From contig CAJTJT010000001.1 in NCBI GenBank assembly GCA_910576915.1, positions 148,634 to 212,633 of the forward strand: a stretch of 64,000 nt of DNA, in the 5' to 3' direction. Positions 52,954-62,088 of this stretch are shown piece by piece; within the stretch, counting starts at the first letter, position 1, and each line of letters starts with the position of its first letter. The notes under the pieces are model-generated. The model was not told where the DNA came from. It saw only the letters and a list, made by a program, of their open reading frames with translations, and did not search any database. Source of the stretch: an uncultured Elusimicrobiales bacterium (GTDB lineage Bacteria > Elusimicrobiota > Elusimicrobia > Elusimicrobiales > Elusimicrobiaceae). A program made the position numbers and the translations under genes.

Positions 52954-53931
52954 ATGGCAATCATTGCAGATAAACAATACAGTTTGGTGGACTACGCCAA
53001 ACAGTTCGACCCCTCCGGCCAGGAACTGGCCATCGCCGAGGTGCTCAGCCAGTCCAACGAAATCATCGCCGACGCGCTGGTGACCGAAAGCTCTTTGGAC
53101 AGCGGCCACGAATACGCCGTGCGCACCGGCATCCCGGAAGGAACCTGGCGCCGCGCTTACCAAGGCATCGAGCCCGCCAAAGCCACGACCAAAGTGGTGG
53201 TGGAATCGTACGGTACGTTGTCCGCCTACAGCGTGGTGGATAAACTGGTGGCTGAAAAAGGCGGCCATACCGAAGCCGTACGCACCGGCCAGTCCAAGGC
53301 GATTATCGCCGGGATGTCCAACACCATGGCTTCGAACTTAATCTACGGCAACGTGGGCAAAAACCCGGAACGCTTTACCGGCCTGGCCGCCCGCTATTGC
53401 GAACTGTCGGGCGCGGAATCTTCCCGCAACGTCATTGACGCGGGCAGTACTGCCGAAGGGCAGAACTCGTCCATTTACCTCGTTGTGTGGGATACCGATA
53501 AGGTGTTTACCTTCTTCCCGAAAGGCTCCAAAGCGGGTATCCAGCGCGTGGACCACGGCCTCGTCAACCATATTGACGCGGACGGCAACGAATACCCCGC
53601 CTATAAGGAGTATTTCGAATGGAAACTGGGCCTTGCCGTGCAGGACTGGCGTTTTGCCGGACGCATTTGCAACATTAACGTCAAAAACGTTCCGTCCAAC
53701 CTGATTGACCAAATGTGCGAATTGGAAGAACGCATCCAAAGCCTTTCCATGGGCCGCCCCGTGTGGTATATGAACCGCACCGTCAAAGCCGCTTTGAGAA
53801 AGCTGACCAGCAACAAAACCAACGTACAGTACACGCCGGACCAGGTAACGTCCCGCCCGCTGATGACGTTTAACGAAATCCCGGTGCACGTGTGTGATGC
53901 CATCGTCGACACCGAAGCCCTGGTGAAATAG
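52954..53931 (+). CDS. Major capsid protein
   Basis: 325 aa, AAGGAG RBS, synteny (scaffold then capsid), and a composition typical of HK97-fold podoviral capsid proteins. Confidence 0.7.
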   Translation: MAIIADKQYSLVDYAKQFDPSGQELAIAEVLSQSNEIIADALVTESSLDSGHEYAVRTGIPEGTWRRAYQGIEPAKATTKVVVESYGTLSAYSVVDKLVAEKGGHTEAVRTGQSKAIIAGMSNTMASNLIYGNVGKNPERFTGLAARYCELSGAESSRNVIDAGSTAEGQNSSIYLVVWDTDKVFTFFPKGSKAGIQRVDHGLVNHIDADGNEYPAYKEYFEWKLGLAVQDWRFAGRICNINVKNVPSNLIDQMCELEERIQSLSMGRPVWYMNRTVKAALRKLTSNKTNVQYTPDQVTSRPLMTFNEIPVHVCDAIVDTEALVK

Positions 53932-53939
53932 GAGGAACC

Positions 53940-54326
53940 ATGTTATTAGACCAAAATGCCGTTCTGTCCGACGGACAGGAAATTACCGCTTCCGCCGCGT
54001 CCCAAAACGTGATTGATTTGGGCGCCGCCGGAAACGCCGTTCCCGGGGCCTTGTTCGCCGTTTGCCGCGTGGATGAAGCCTTTGCCGGGCTGACCGGGCT
54101 GAGCGTCAGCTTGCAAACTTCCGCCGCGTCCGCTTTTACCGCTCCCGCGGAATTGGCTTCCGTTACCTTGGCGGCGGCCGAACTGGGCGCGGACGGCAAA
54201 ATCGTGTTTGCCGCGGCCGTGCCCGCGGGGTTGCAGCGTTATTTGCGCGCTTACTACACCGTAACGGGAACCGCTACTGCCGGGAAGATTTCCTTCTTCC
54301 TTACGGATGCGGTGGATATGAAATAA
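53940..54326 (+). CDS. Small capsid-associated (decoration/cement-like) protein
   Basis: 128 aa, Ala/Gly-rich, immediately after the capsid gene with an AGGAGG RBS. The C-terminal LRAYYTVTG...G pattern recalls BPP-1 Bbp16-type proteins (recollection). Confidence 0.45.
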   Translation: MLLDQNAVLSDGQEITASAASQNVIDLGAAGNAVPGALFAVCRVDEAFAGLTGLSVSLQTSAASAFTAPAELASVTLAAAELGADGKIVFAAAVPAGLQRYLRAYYTVTGTATAGKISFFLTDAVDMK

Positions 54327-54369
54327 GCCGCCTGTTTGGGTAATTACCGGAACGGACGGTTTATGTAAA

Positions 54370-54940
54370 ACGGGGGCGGGTTCTTTCTTTTTGGTGCGTT
54401 AACCTGCAAACGGAAAGGAACCCGTTTCCCGGGTGTTTTTGAACCTTGTTTATAAAAAACGAGGGGTAAAAAAACGATTTTGGGAATGTTGGTGTATGCA
54501 AAAACAAAAAAGATTTAAATTTGGGGTGTTTTTGCTTAAAACAAGCCATTTTTGGGGAATAATACCGCTTTTGGGGCGGAGTGAACCCCGGCTGGGGGAG
54601 AAGCGGCAGTGCCGGGGGATTGTTATTCTGCCCAAATAAGCCGGAGCGAGCTCCGGTTGGGGGAAGCAGAAAAAAAGCAACGTTGAAGGTAATGTGCTGG
54701 GGTGAGGCCCGGCTGGGGGGCTGAAGGACCGGGGGATGAGATACGCTTTCTGTGCTTTCTAAGCTGGAGGGCTCCTGGGGAGCGAACTGAGGAAATTCGT
54801 AAAAGAGAGGCTTGGCGGTTTTAGAAAATAAGGTTCATTGGTTTTCCCTCCGGGTTGTTGGGCAGATGATTACTCGGACTGCAAAGGTGATTGGGGCAGT
54901 GTCAGAATCCGGGAAGCTCGGTACAAAACAGGGGTTCTGT
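54370..54940 (+). other. Non-coding, plus-strand G-run-rich segment with degenerate ~120-nt repeat
   Basis: No ORF. At least a dozen G4-G6 runs are on the plus strand. CCCGGCTGGGGG occurs at 54587 and 54708, and CCGGGGGAT at 54612 and 54729. Confidence 0.7.
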
Positions 54941-54941
54941 T

Positions 54942-55331
54942 GATAAAAAATAATAAAAATATATTATTAAAGCGAATGGGTTAAAGGAAAAGAAACTGAA
55001 GTGTTTGTTAAAAAAATAAAGTTGATGTTTTTATAATTTATTTTTTATAAATTTATATTTAAAAATAAAAATAATTAAAATATAAGTACTTTTAAAAATA
55101 GATATAAAATTTTGTTATAAAACTGGGCTGAAAAATTATCTTTATTTTGCAAAGTTTATAATTTAAATTTATATATAAAAATATAAATATATAAAAAATA
55201 ATTTAAATTAAAATTATTTATTGTTTTTATTAAAACAAATTTTTAATTTTTAACAAATTAATAGTGCTAAATTTTATTTTTAAAATAAATATAAAAAATA
55301 AAAATACTTAAAAAATAAATAAAATAAAAAA
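54942..55331. other. Extreme AT-rich block (~8% GC by hand count over 55021-55320)
   Basis: A 390-nt run of A/T with many TATAAT/TTGCAA-like strings, directly upstream of the gp11-like gene. Confidence 0.85.
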
Positions 55332-55342
55332 GGAGTTTAAAA

Positions 55343-55930
55343 ATGATATCAAAAATTACAGTTTGTAATTTGGCTTTGGCCCAATTGGGGCAGGCTCCGA
55401 TTTCTTCTTTGGACCAAGAAGATGAAAAGGCCCGGCGGCTTAATTTGTTTTACGAGCCTGTGCGTGATGAAGTCCTGCGTACCCATAATTGGGCGTTTGC
55501 GGGTGTGTGCGAGCCGCTGGCGTTGCTGGCAAAAGAACCGGACGCGGAAGGCTCCTTTATCTATAAATATCCGGCCGAGGCGTTATTTATCCGGCGTATC
55601 TTTCTGCCGCAGGCGCCGCAGCAGTCTTTGCCCTTTAAAGAACGTTTCCGCAGCGATTTGCACTGCCGCACGTTAAGCGTGGCCGGCCGGACGGCCCATG
55701 CGGAATATACGCGCCGTATTACGGATGAAAACTTGTTCGATCCGGCGTTTGTTAAGTCTTTCTCTCTGGCGCTGGCGTGCGATTTGGCCGTCGCGCTGAC
55801 GGGCGACGCCCAGCTGGCCGCCCAAATTTTGCAAAAATATACGCTTAGTTTGGACGAAGCGCGCCGCAGCAATATGACGGAAAACTTCCTGCGCGCGCCG
55901 TCCGAGGATGCGTTTAGCGGGGTGCGTTAA
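55343..55930 (+). CDS. Tail tubular protein A / adaptor (T7 gp11-like)
   Basis: 195 aa. N-terminal pattern I..CNLALAQLGQAPISSLDQEDEKARRLNLFYEPVRDEVLRTHNWAFA is typical of this family (recollection), and the synteny fits. Confidence 0.55.
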   Translation: MISKITVCNLALAQLGQAPISSLDQEDEKARRLNLFYEPVRDEVLRTHNWAFAGVCEPLALLAKEPDAEGSFIYKYPAEALFIRRIFLPQAPQQSLPFKERFRSDLHCRTLSVAGRTAHAEYTRRITDENLFDPAFVKSFSLALACDLAVALTGDAQLAAQILQKYTLSLDEARRSNMTENFLRAPSEDAFSGVR

Positions 55931-58539
55931 TGCTTTTACACCATCTGCAGCCTTCTTTTGCGGGGGGCGAAATCAGCCCCTCGCTCTACGCCCGCGTAGA
56001 CAGCGCGGCTTACGGCTCCTGGCTTAAAACCGCCCGGAACTTTTACGTGCACCCGCAGGGCGGGGCTTCCAACCGGCCCGGTACGGCTTTTATGGGAGAA
56101 GCCAAGTACGACGGGAAAGCCTGCCGCATCCTGCCTTTTGTATTGGGGGAAGAGGAGTCCTACGTGCTGGAACTGGGGGAAAAATACATGCGCGTGTACA
56201 CTTCGGCCGGGCGTTTGCTGAATGCGGACGGTTCGGTTTATGAAATCGCCACGCCGTACGGCGCGCACGAGCTTTCTTCCTTAAATTCCACCCAGTACGA
56301 CCAGACCCTTTTTCTGACGCACCCTTCTTATCCGCCCAAACGCTTGGTGCGCCTGGAAAGCGGCCGCTTTGAATTTAGCGATTTGCCGGTAAAATACGGC
56401 CCTTTTAAAATGGCCAATACACAGGCCGACAAACGGCTGCGCGTTACGCTCCATCAGGAAACGGTAATGACGGAGGGCGCCAGCGCGCGCGTTTCGTTTT
56501 TGCCGGTGTCGGAAGCGGGCTGTTTTGTGGTGGGGTATTTTAACGGGACCCGTTTTTTTGTGGGGCACGACTACGGGTTTGACGCGGGGTTTTTTACGTC
56601 CGAATTTAACCGTGTGTTTGGCTCTTCGGGCTTCCGGGCGGTCTGTCTGGGCGGTGTGATTACCATTACTTCCCCCAAGGATACCGGGGGCGACTGGAGC
56701 GGGCAGCCGTTAACGCTGGAGTACCGTATTGCGTTTACGCGGCCGCCGGTGTCGACGGTGGTCTATACGCTTACCGGGGGCACCAACACGGGGGAACAAA
56801 TCGTGCAGGGGGAAGACACCTATCTCCTGGAAAGTGATTTCGATTTGTTCACCTCCGACTATGTCGGCGGCGCGTTCAGCCTCACCCACCGCGTGGAAAG
56901 CCAGTGCGTGACGGGGACGCTGGGGTATGATGGCGTTTCCCTGTCCGTTAAAACCGGGTCGGACTGGCGGCTGCGGACCTCGGGTAATTGGACGGGGCAG
57001 CTGGTGCTGGAAAAATCGGAAGACAACGGGGCCAGCTGGGAAAAAGTGACGTTTTTCTCCCGCGCATCCGGGGATGCGGCGCCCACTTCCGTAGGGAATT
57101 TAGAAGATACCGGCGCGCTTATTTGGCTGCGCGTGCGCGCGGTGAACGTAACGGGCGAAGTGGGGTATGAACTTCAGGCCGAAAGTTTTTTGCAGGAAGG
57201 CGTCGTGCGCATTACGGATGTGGCCGGCCCGCGGCAGGCGGTGGTGCAAATTGAGCGTTACCTGGGCGGGGAGGATTGGACCTCGGACTGGGCGGAAGGT
57301 TCATTCAGCCCTAAATCGGGCTATCCTTCGTGCGTGTTCTTTTATCAGGACCGTTTGGGCCTTGCCGGAACCCGGGCCGAAGCGCAGACGATTTGGTTCT
57401 CCAAAACCGGCGAACACGGTCATTTCGGGCATATGCGCGGCGCGCTGGAAGATTCGGACAGTTTTTGCGTGAATTTGTCCGGTAAAAAGCTGAACGCCAT
57501 CCACTCCGTAGCCGTTGCGGGGAAACTGCTGGTATTTACGGCCGGAAGCGAATGGACGGTTTCCAGCTCCGGCACGCTGACCCCGTATAACGTGCAAATC
57601 GAACAGCAAAGCGAACGCGGCGCGAGCCGTGCGCTCCCGGTGATGGTGGGCAATAAGGCGCTGTTTGTGCAGGCGCGCGGCGGGGCGTTAAGGGATTTTT
57701 ATTACGATTACAACTCCGCCTCCTATACCGGGAGCGATTTGACCCTCTGCGCCAAACACCTGTTTTTTAACCAGGAGATTCGGGAAGTCTGCTACCAGCA
57801 GGAGCCGGACAACTTGGTGTGGTGCGTACTGTCGGGCGGGGAAATCGCCACGCTTACGTATTTGGCCGAGGAAAACCTGTGCGCGTGGACGCATCACACG
57901 ACGCAGGGGTTTTTCCGCAGTGTGTGCACGATTCCCAACCGGGGGTATGACGAAGTTTGGTTCGCCGTCGAGCGCAACGGGAAGTATTTTATCGAAAAAT
58001 TATTACAGCGTTTATCGAGTAAAGAGCCGCAGGACCAGGTATTTTTGGATGCGTCGGTGTCGCGCAAGGCGGATACGGCGTTTACGGAACTGGGCGGCCT
58101 GGAACATTTAGAAGGGCGCGAAGTGGGCGTGCTGGCGGACGGGAGCCCGGTTTCGGGGCTGGTTGTAACCAACGGGAAAATAACGCTGCCGCGCCCGATG
58201 ACGTGCGTGCATGCGGGGCTTACGTACGAGGCGGAACTTCAAACGCTGCCCGCCGCTCTTGCGGACAACAGCGGTACGTTGCAGGACCGCAAGCGCAGGT
58301 TGGTGTCGGTAACGCTTAAAATGTCGGACAGCCGCGGCGGCCGAGCCGGAACGGACGAAACGCAACTGGACGAACTAATCCAGCGTTCCAGCGAGCCGTT
58401 TAACTCTCCCATCGCGCTTAAAACGGGGGATTATACGCTGACTGCGGCCGGTACGCACGGGCTGATGCCGTCGGTTATTTTCCGCCAGACGGAGCCGCTG
58501 CCGGTTACCCTCTTGGCCGTTATCAGCCGGATTGTATAA
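55930..58539 (+). CDS. Tail tubular protein B / nozzle (T7 gp12-like)
   Basis: 869 aa, start overlapping the stop of the previous gene. N-terminal FAGGEISPSLYARVD...Y...L...RNF.V.PQGG..NRPG pattern. Confidence 0.5.
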   Translation: MLLHHLQPSFAGGEISPSLYARVDSAAYGSWLKTARNFYVHPQGGASNRPGTAFMGEAKYDGKACRILPFVLGEEESYVLELGEKYMRVYTSAGRLLNADGSVYEIATPYGAHELSSLNSTQYDQTLFLTHPSYPPKRLVRLESGRFEFSDLPVKYGPFKMANTQADKRLRVTLHQETVMTEGASARVSFLPVSEAGCFVVGYFNGTRFFVGHDYGFDAGFFTSEFNRVFGSSGFRAVCLGGVITITSPKDTGGDWSGQPLTLEYRIAFTRPPVSTVVYTLTGGTNTGEQIVQGEDTYLLESDFDLFTSDYVGGAFSLTHRVESQCVTGTLGYDGVSLSVKTGSDWRLRTSGNWTGQLVLEKSEDNGASWEKVTFFSRASGDAAPTSVGNLEDTGALIWLRVRAVNVTGEVGYELQAESFLQEGVVRITDVAGPRQAVVQIERYLGGEDWTSDWAEGSFSPKSGYPSCVFFYQDRLGLAGTRAEAQTIWFSKTGEHGHFGHMRGALEDSDSFCVNLSGKKLNAIHSVAVAGKLLVFTAGSEWTVSSSGTLTPYNVQIEQQSERGASRALPVMVGNKALFVQARGGALRDFYYDYNSASYTGSDLTLCAKHLFFNQEIREVCYQQEPDNLVWCVLSGGEIATLTYLAEENLCAWTHHTTQGFFRSVCTIPNRGYDEVWFAVERNGKYFIEKLLQRLSSKEPQDQVFLDASVSRKADTAFTELGGLEHLEGREVGVLADGSPVSGLVVTNGKITLPRPMTCVHAGLTYEAELQTLPAALADNSGTLQDRKRRLVSVTLKMSDSRGGRAGTDETQLDELIQRSSEPFNSPIALKTGDYTLTAAGTHGLMPSVIFRQTEPLPVTLLAVISRIV

Positions 58540-58540
58540 G

Positions 58541-58835
58541 AGTATTCTTCTTTTTCTTTCGAAAAGAAGTATTAAATTTACTTTTTGCGTCGACAAAAAG
58601 TAACAAAAATATTCTTTTTTACTTTTTCTGGCAGCAGAAAAAGTAAACAAAAAGACTGCCCGCCCGGGTCCTATAAAAAGCAGTCCGAAACGGGGCGTTT
58701 TACAACTCGCTACGCTCAAACAAATAAAACGCCTTTTCCGTTTCGAACGCTTTTTATAAACAGGACGAAGGGCGGGAAAAATAGAGTGGACTTTATAGAC
58801 GGGTTAAGGCCTGCATAAACGGCAACAACAATAGC
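58541..58835. repeat. Composite island of modular palindromic repeats (inverted relative to 38585-38835)
   Basis: 58793-58830 is the perfect reverse complement of 38626-38663. The FLSTQK-type TACTTTTTGCGTCGACAAAAAGTA and TTCTTTCGAAAAGAAG modules are also shared. Confidence 0.85.
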
Positions 58836-58910
58836 GGAACAGATGTGTAAACGGGCAATAAAAAAGGGCATCCGTTTTAGGCGGAAGCCCTGTAAAAACT
58901 GCGTAAGGAT

Positions 58911-59642
58911 TTAATCTCGGGCGGTAAAACGCAGGCTTTGTACCGTTTGTTCGGGCACCGTCGAATTTCCGTCTTTGGCAACTTCCAGGATGCCGAAGTA
59001 GTATACATATTTGCCGTCTTCGGCCGCCATCAGCCATACCGGGATGCTTTCGCCTTGGTTGCTGTAAACGGTGCCGGAAGCGTACAGGGCGGGGCGGCCG
59101 TCCACAGAAGTGCGGTTGATTTCGCTTACTTCCAAGCGGCGGTCTTTATTGGCTTTGAGGCCCTGTTCCAATGCTTTTACAGAGGTTTGGTCCGGCTCGT
59201 TTTCCAAACGTACGAGGGCCGCCAGGGTGACGGGCCCTTCGATGTTTTTACCGGCGTTATCTTTTTTAAAGACGTTGGTGTCGATACCCAGTTTTACGTC
59301 CGCGCCGTTAAAGTGCATCCAGTCGGAAAAGTCCATCCCGTTAAATACCGTCACCTGAAAGCCGTATTCCGGGTCCGTATACACGGTTTGGCCGTACACG
59401 GGCTGCGGGTTGGCCTGCACGCGTTCCATAATGCCGGAAAAGGGCTTCATTACTTTGTAAACGCCCCATACTGCGCCGCCGATAGCGGCCCCGCAGAAAA
59501 GCACGGTGCACACGCCCGCCAAAATAAGCGGCCATTTGTTGCTTTGTTTTTTAATAATCATCCAAATTACTTTGAAGATTAAGAAGAACACCGCGTATAC
59601 CACTGCCGCGGCGATTAACAGCAAGAGAATGAGTCCTGTCAT
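58911..59642 (-). CDS. Membrane-anchored protein (two N-terminal TM helices + ~170-aa external domain), cargo in reverse orientation
   Basis: Hydrophobic N-terminus LILLLLIAAAVVYAVFFLIF / WPLILAGVCTVLFCGAAIGGAVW. It is on the opposite strand from the phage operon. Confidence 0.6.
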   Translation of the reverse strand: MTGLILLLLIAAAVVYAVFFLIFKVIWMIIKKQSNKWPLILAGVCTVLFCGAAIGGAVWGVYKVMKPFSGIMERVQANPQPVYGQTVYTDPEYGFQVTVFNGMDFSDWMHFNGADVKLGIDTNVFKKDNAGKNIEGPVTLAALVRLENEPDQTSVKALEQGLKANKDRRLEVSEINRTSVDGRPALYASGTVYSNQGESIPVWLMAAEDGKYVYYFGILEVAKDGNSTVPEQTVQSLRFTARD

Positions 59643-59684
59643 AAACGCTCCTTAATTTAAATCTATCTCTTATTCTATATTTTT

Positions 59685-60179
59685 ATGACGTTTTTGTATT
59701 GCAAACATCAAATTATTCTCCGTCCCGCGCGCCCGGGCGACGGTAAAAAACTGGCCCCTTTGCTGCGCGCGGAAGACTGGGCGGAGCTGGCGGCTTCGCA
59801 CCCGGGTGAAAACCCTGCGGATTTATTGGAATCTTTTATCCGCCGCTCGCGCGAGAGCTTTTTTGTTTTGCGTTGCGGCTGTCCCGCCGCGTTGTTTGGC
59901 GTAAGTGCGCCGGGCTGGTTTTCTCTCCGGGCGTGTGTGTGGTTTTTGACGGGGGACGAAGCCGCCAAAATGCCCGTTTCGCTGGTGCGTATCGGGCGGG
60001 CGGCGGTAACGCGTTTTTTAACGTTGTACCCCGAACTTTACAATTTTACGGACGAACGTTACCCGGCCGCTTTACGGTTTATCAAACGCTTGGGCGGACG
60101 GTTTGACGGGTCGTCCAAAACCTGCGGCGACGTACGGTTTCTGTATTTTACTTTTAGGAGGAACTCATGGGAGGAATAG
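59685..60179 (+). CDS. Phage protein, possibly acetyltransferase-fold internal virion protein
   Basis: ILRPARPGD...start and ...FTDERYPAALRFIKRLGGRFDG resemble GNAT-like phage proteins in the gp13 position. No SD. Confidence 0.35.
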   Translation: MTFLYCKHQIILRPARPGDGKKLAPLLRAEDWAELAASHPGENPADLLESFIRRSRESFFVLRCGCPAALFGVSAPGWFSLRACVWFLTGDEAAKMPVSLVRIGRAAVTRFLTLYPELYNFTDERYPAALRFIKRLGGRFDGSSKTCGDVRFLYFTFRRNSWEE

Positions 60180-60655
60180 TAAGCAGTGCGGGCGGAAAAG
60201 TCTCTTCCGCGCTGTCCACGTTCGGAAGCCAAAAATCCGGGCGCGATTATTACCGCGCGCTGGCGTCGGACGCGGACTATCAGGCGCAAGCCGCCGCGGA
60301 CGCGGCGCAGCGGCAGGGGACGTATTTATTTAAATCCGCCGCCGAACGGAGCCGCGATTTGTATGCCGGGTACCGTCAAACGGTGTCCGCGCAGAAAACG
60401 GCGATGGCGGCTTCGGGACTGACGAACAATTCGTCCACGGTTCAAAACATTTTGAAAAACACGCGTTTAAGCGCGCTGATGGACCAGGAAACGCTGCGCG
60501 CCAACTTAAATGACGCGCTGTACGAAAACGATAAGTCCGCCGCGGAGCGCATCCGCGCGCTGAACATTACGGCGGGCCAGTACCGGCGCATGGCCAAGAA
60601 TTCTTTTTCACCGTGGACGGTGGGCGGGACGTGGCTGTCCTGGCTGAACAGTTAG
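60167..60655 (+). CDS. Internal virion protein (gp14-like position)
   Basis: AGGAGG RBS. Ala/Gln-rich helical protein with a hydrophobic C-terminal WTVGGTWLSWL. Confidence 0.4.
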   Translation: MGGIVSSAGGKVSSALSTFGSQKSGRDYYRALASDADYQAQAAADAAQRQGTYLFKSAAERSRDLYAGYRQTVSAQKTAMAASGLTNNSSTVQNILKNTRLSALMDQETLRANLNDALYENDKSAAERIRALNITAGQYRRMAKNSFSPWTVGGTWLSWLNS

Positions 60656-60663
60656 GGGGAACG

Positions 60664-62079
60664 ATGCCGATTATTCCAACAATAACCAAACGGGAATTTA
60701 TCAAAACGCCGGGCGTGGACGCTTCCGTCCCCGCGCCCGCGCGCCTGGCCGCCGCGTACGAAAACAATTTAAGCCGCTTCGGCACGTTAATCCCTGCGGC
60801 GATTCGTGCGGCTTCTAAGGTAAACGCGGGGATTACGTCCGCAGGCGTGAGCGTTTCCGCACGCCCGCCGGCAGGCGAAAACCTGCGTTATCCCGGCGGG
60901 ACAACCGAGAATGTGAAAGCGGAAGAACGCGCACAGGCCGATAAGGATTTAACTGTGCGCACGGCCCTGGTGGACGCCGTCCGGCAGGACGCGGGTGCGA
61001 AAGGCGTACAGGCGCTGGAAACCGCCGCCGTAAAAAACTTTACGCCCGAAACGGCTTCCGGCCCCGCGGCGCGGGATTATGCCGTGCTTCACCGGGCGGC
61101 GCGGGAGGAGCAGGCCGCTTCCGCTTCCGTCCGGGCGCGCGCGTCCGCCGATACGGAAAAAACACTGCTCCGGCAGGTAGGGGCGCTGGTGCGTTCGCCG
61201 GAAGCGTTGGACGAGTATCTCTCCGGCCAGGTGGCCGCGTATGAAGAACGGTTGCGCGGAAACGGGGAAAGTGAATCCTCGGTTAAGGCCAACGCCCGGG
61301 CCGTGCGGGCGCAAACGGTGGAAGAAAACGTATGCCGTTCCCTTTCCTGCGGCGATTGGCGCGCGGCGGAAGCGACGCTTTCCAAACATGGGGGTAAACT
61401 TCCCGAGGCGGCCCGCCAAACCTGCGCGGCCAAAACGCGCGCTCTGTTCGCGCGCAGTCAGGCGGAAAAACTGTGGGAAGAGGGACGGCTGGAAACGGGG
61501 GGCTCTGCCGGGCAAATCCGCCGTTATGCGCTGGAACATATAGCGGAGCCGGATGCGGAACTGGGCGCGGCGATGCGTCAGACGGTGGAAGCGCTTTCCC
61601 GCCGGGAAGGCGCGCGGGAGCATGCTCTGGCCGCGCAAACGCTGGCTTCGGCGGCGCGTCTGCCGTCGGCCGACGCGCTCGGCGTGCTGGACGGCGCGCC
61701 CGGTCTGGACGCGGAGGAACTTGCCCAGGCGCGTCAGGCGGCGCTGTTTTTCGACGGTGACAACACCCGCTCGGACGCGGCGCAGTTTGTAGCCTGTTAT
61801 TTTGGCGGCACGCAAAAAGAGCATGCGCGTTTATTAAAACGGGAGAAAATTTCCGCGCGGGATTATGTCCGGCTGGAAGCCTCCCGCCACGCCCGCCAAA
61901 GCGGCGACAGCCGTCGCGCGCAGGAACTGCTCTGCCGCGGGATAGACGTATGGATGCAAAAGAAGGGTTTTTCGGCGCAGGATTCGTACGCGGCGCAGTA
62001 TGCGGTGTTAACGGCGGACGCGCCCGGCGATTCCCTCGGGGACGTATGGAAACAAATCAAAAATTTATTGGACGTGTAG
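60664..62079 (+). CDS. Internal virion / ejection protein (Ala/Arg-rich)
   Basis: GGGGGA RBS before MPIIPT. Assigned from synteny between the gp14-like gene and the tail fiber. Confidence 0.4.
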   Translation: MPIIPTITKREFIKTPGVDASVPAPARLAAAYENNLSRFGTLIPAAIRAASKVNAGITSAGVSVSARPPAGENLRYPGGTTENVKAEERAQADKDLTVRTALVDAVRQDAGAKGVQALETAAVKNFTPETASGPAARDYAVLHRAAREEQAASASVRARASADTEKTLLRQVGALVRSPEALDEYLSGQVAAYEERLRGNGESESSVKANARAVRAQTVEENVCRSLSCGDWRAAEATLSKHGGKLPEAARQTCAAKTRALFARSQAEKLWEEGRLETGGSAGQIRRYALEHIAEPDAELGAAMRQTVEALSRREGAREHALAAQTLASAARLPSADALGVLDGAPGLDAEELAQARQAALFFDGDNTRSDAAQFVACYFGGTQKEHARLLKREKISARDYVRLEASRHARQSGDSRRAQELLCRGIDVWMQKKGFSAQDSYAAQYAVLTADAPGDSLGDVWKQIKNLLDV

Positions 62080-62088
62080 GAGATTAAT

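Noticed and set aside
54433-54639. 68-aa ORF in the G-rich non-coding segment
   Set aside because: It has no RBS and an implausible composition (K/F/W/C-rich). It overlaps a minus-strand ORF of similar quality. The region is treated as non-coding.
38626-58830. A 20-kb segment currently inverted between the 38-bp inverted repeats
   Set aside because: The gene order across the right-hand repeat (gp11-like, gp12-like, then internal proteins and fiber) is colinear with T7-type phages. The displayed orientation is therefore probably the native one. Only the potential for inversion is reported.
60949-61824. 291-aa minus-strand ORF
   Set aside because: It is antisense to the Ala/Arg-rich internal virion gene. 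Its extreme Arg/Gly/Phe content is typical of the complement of GCN-rich coding sequence.
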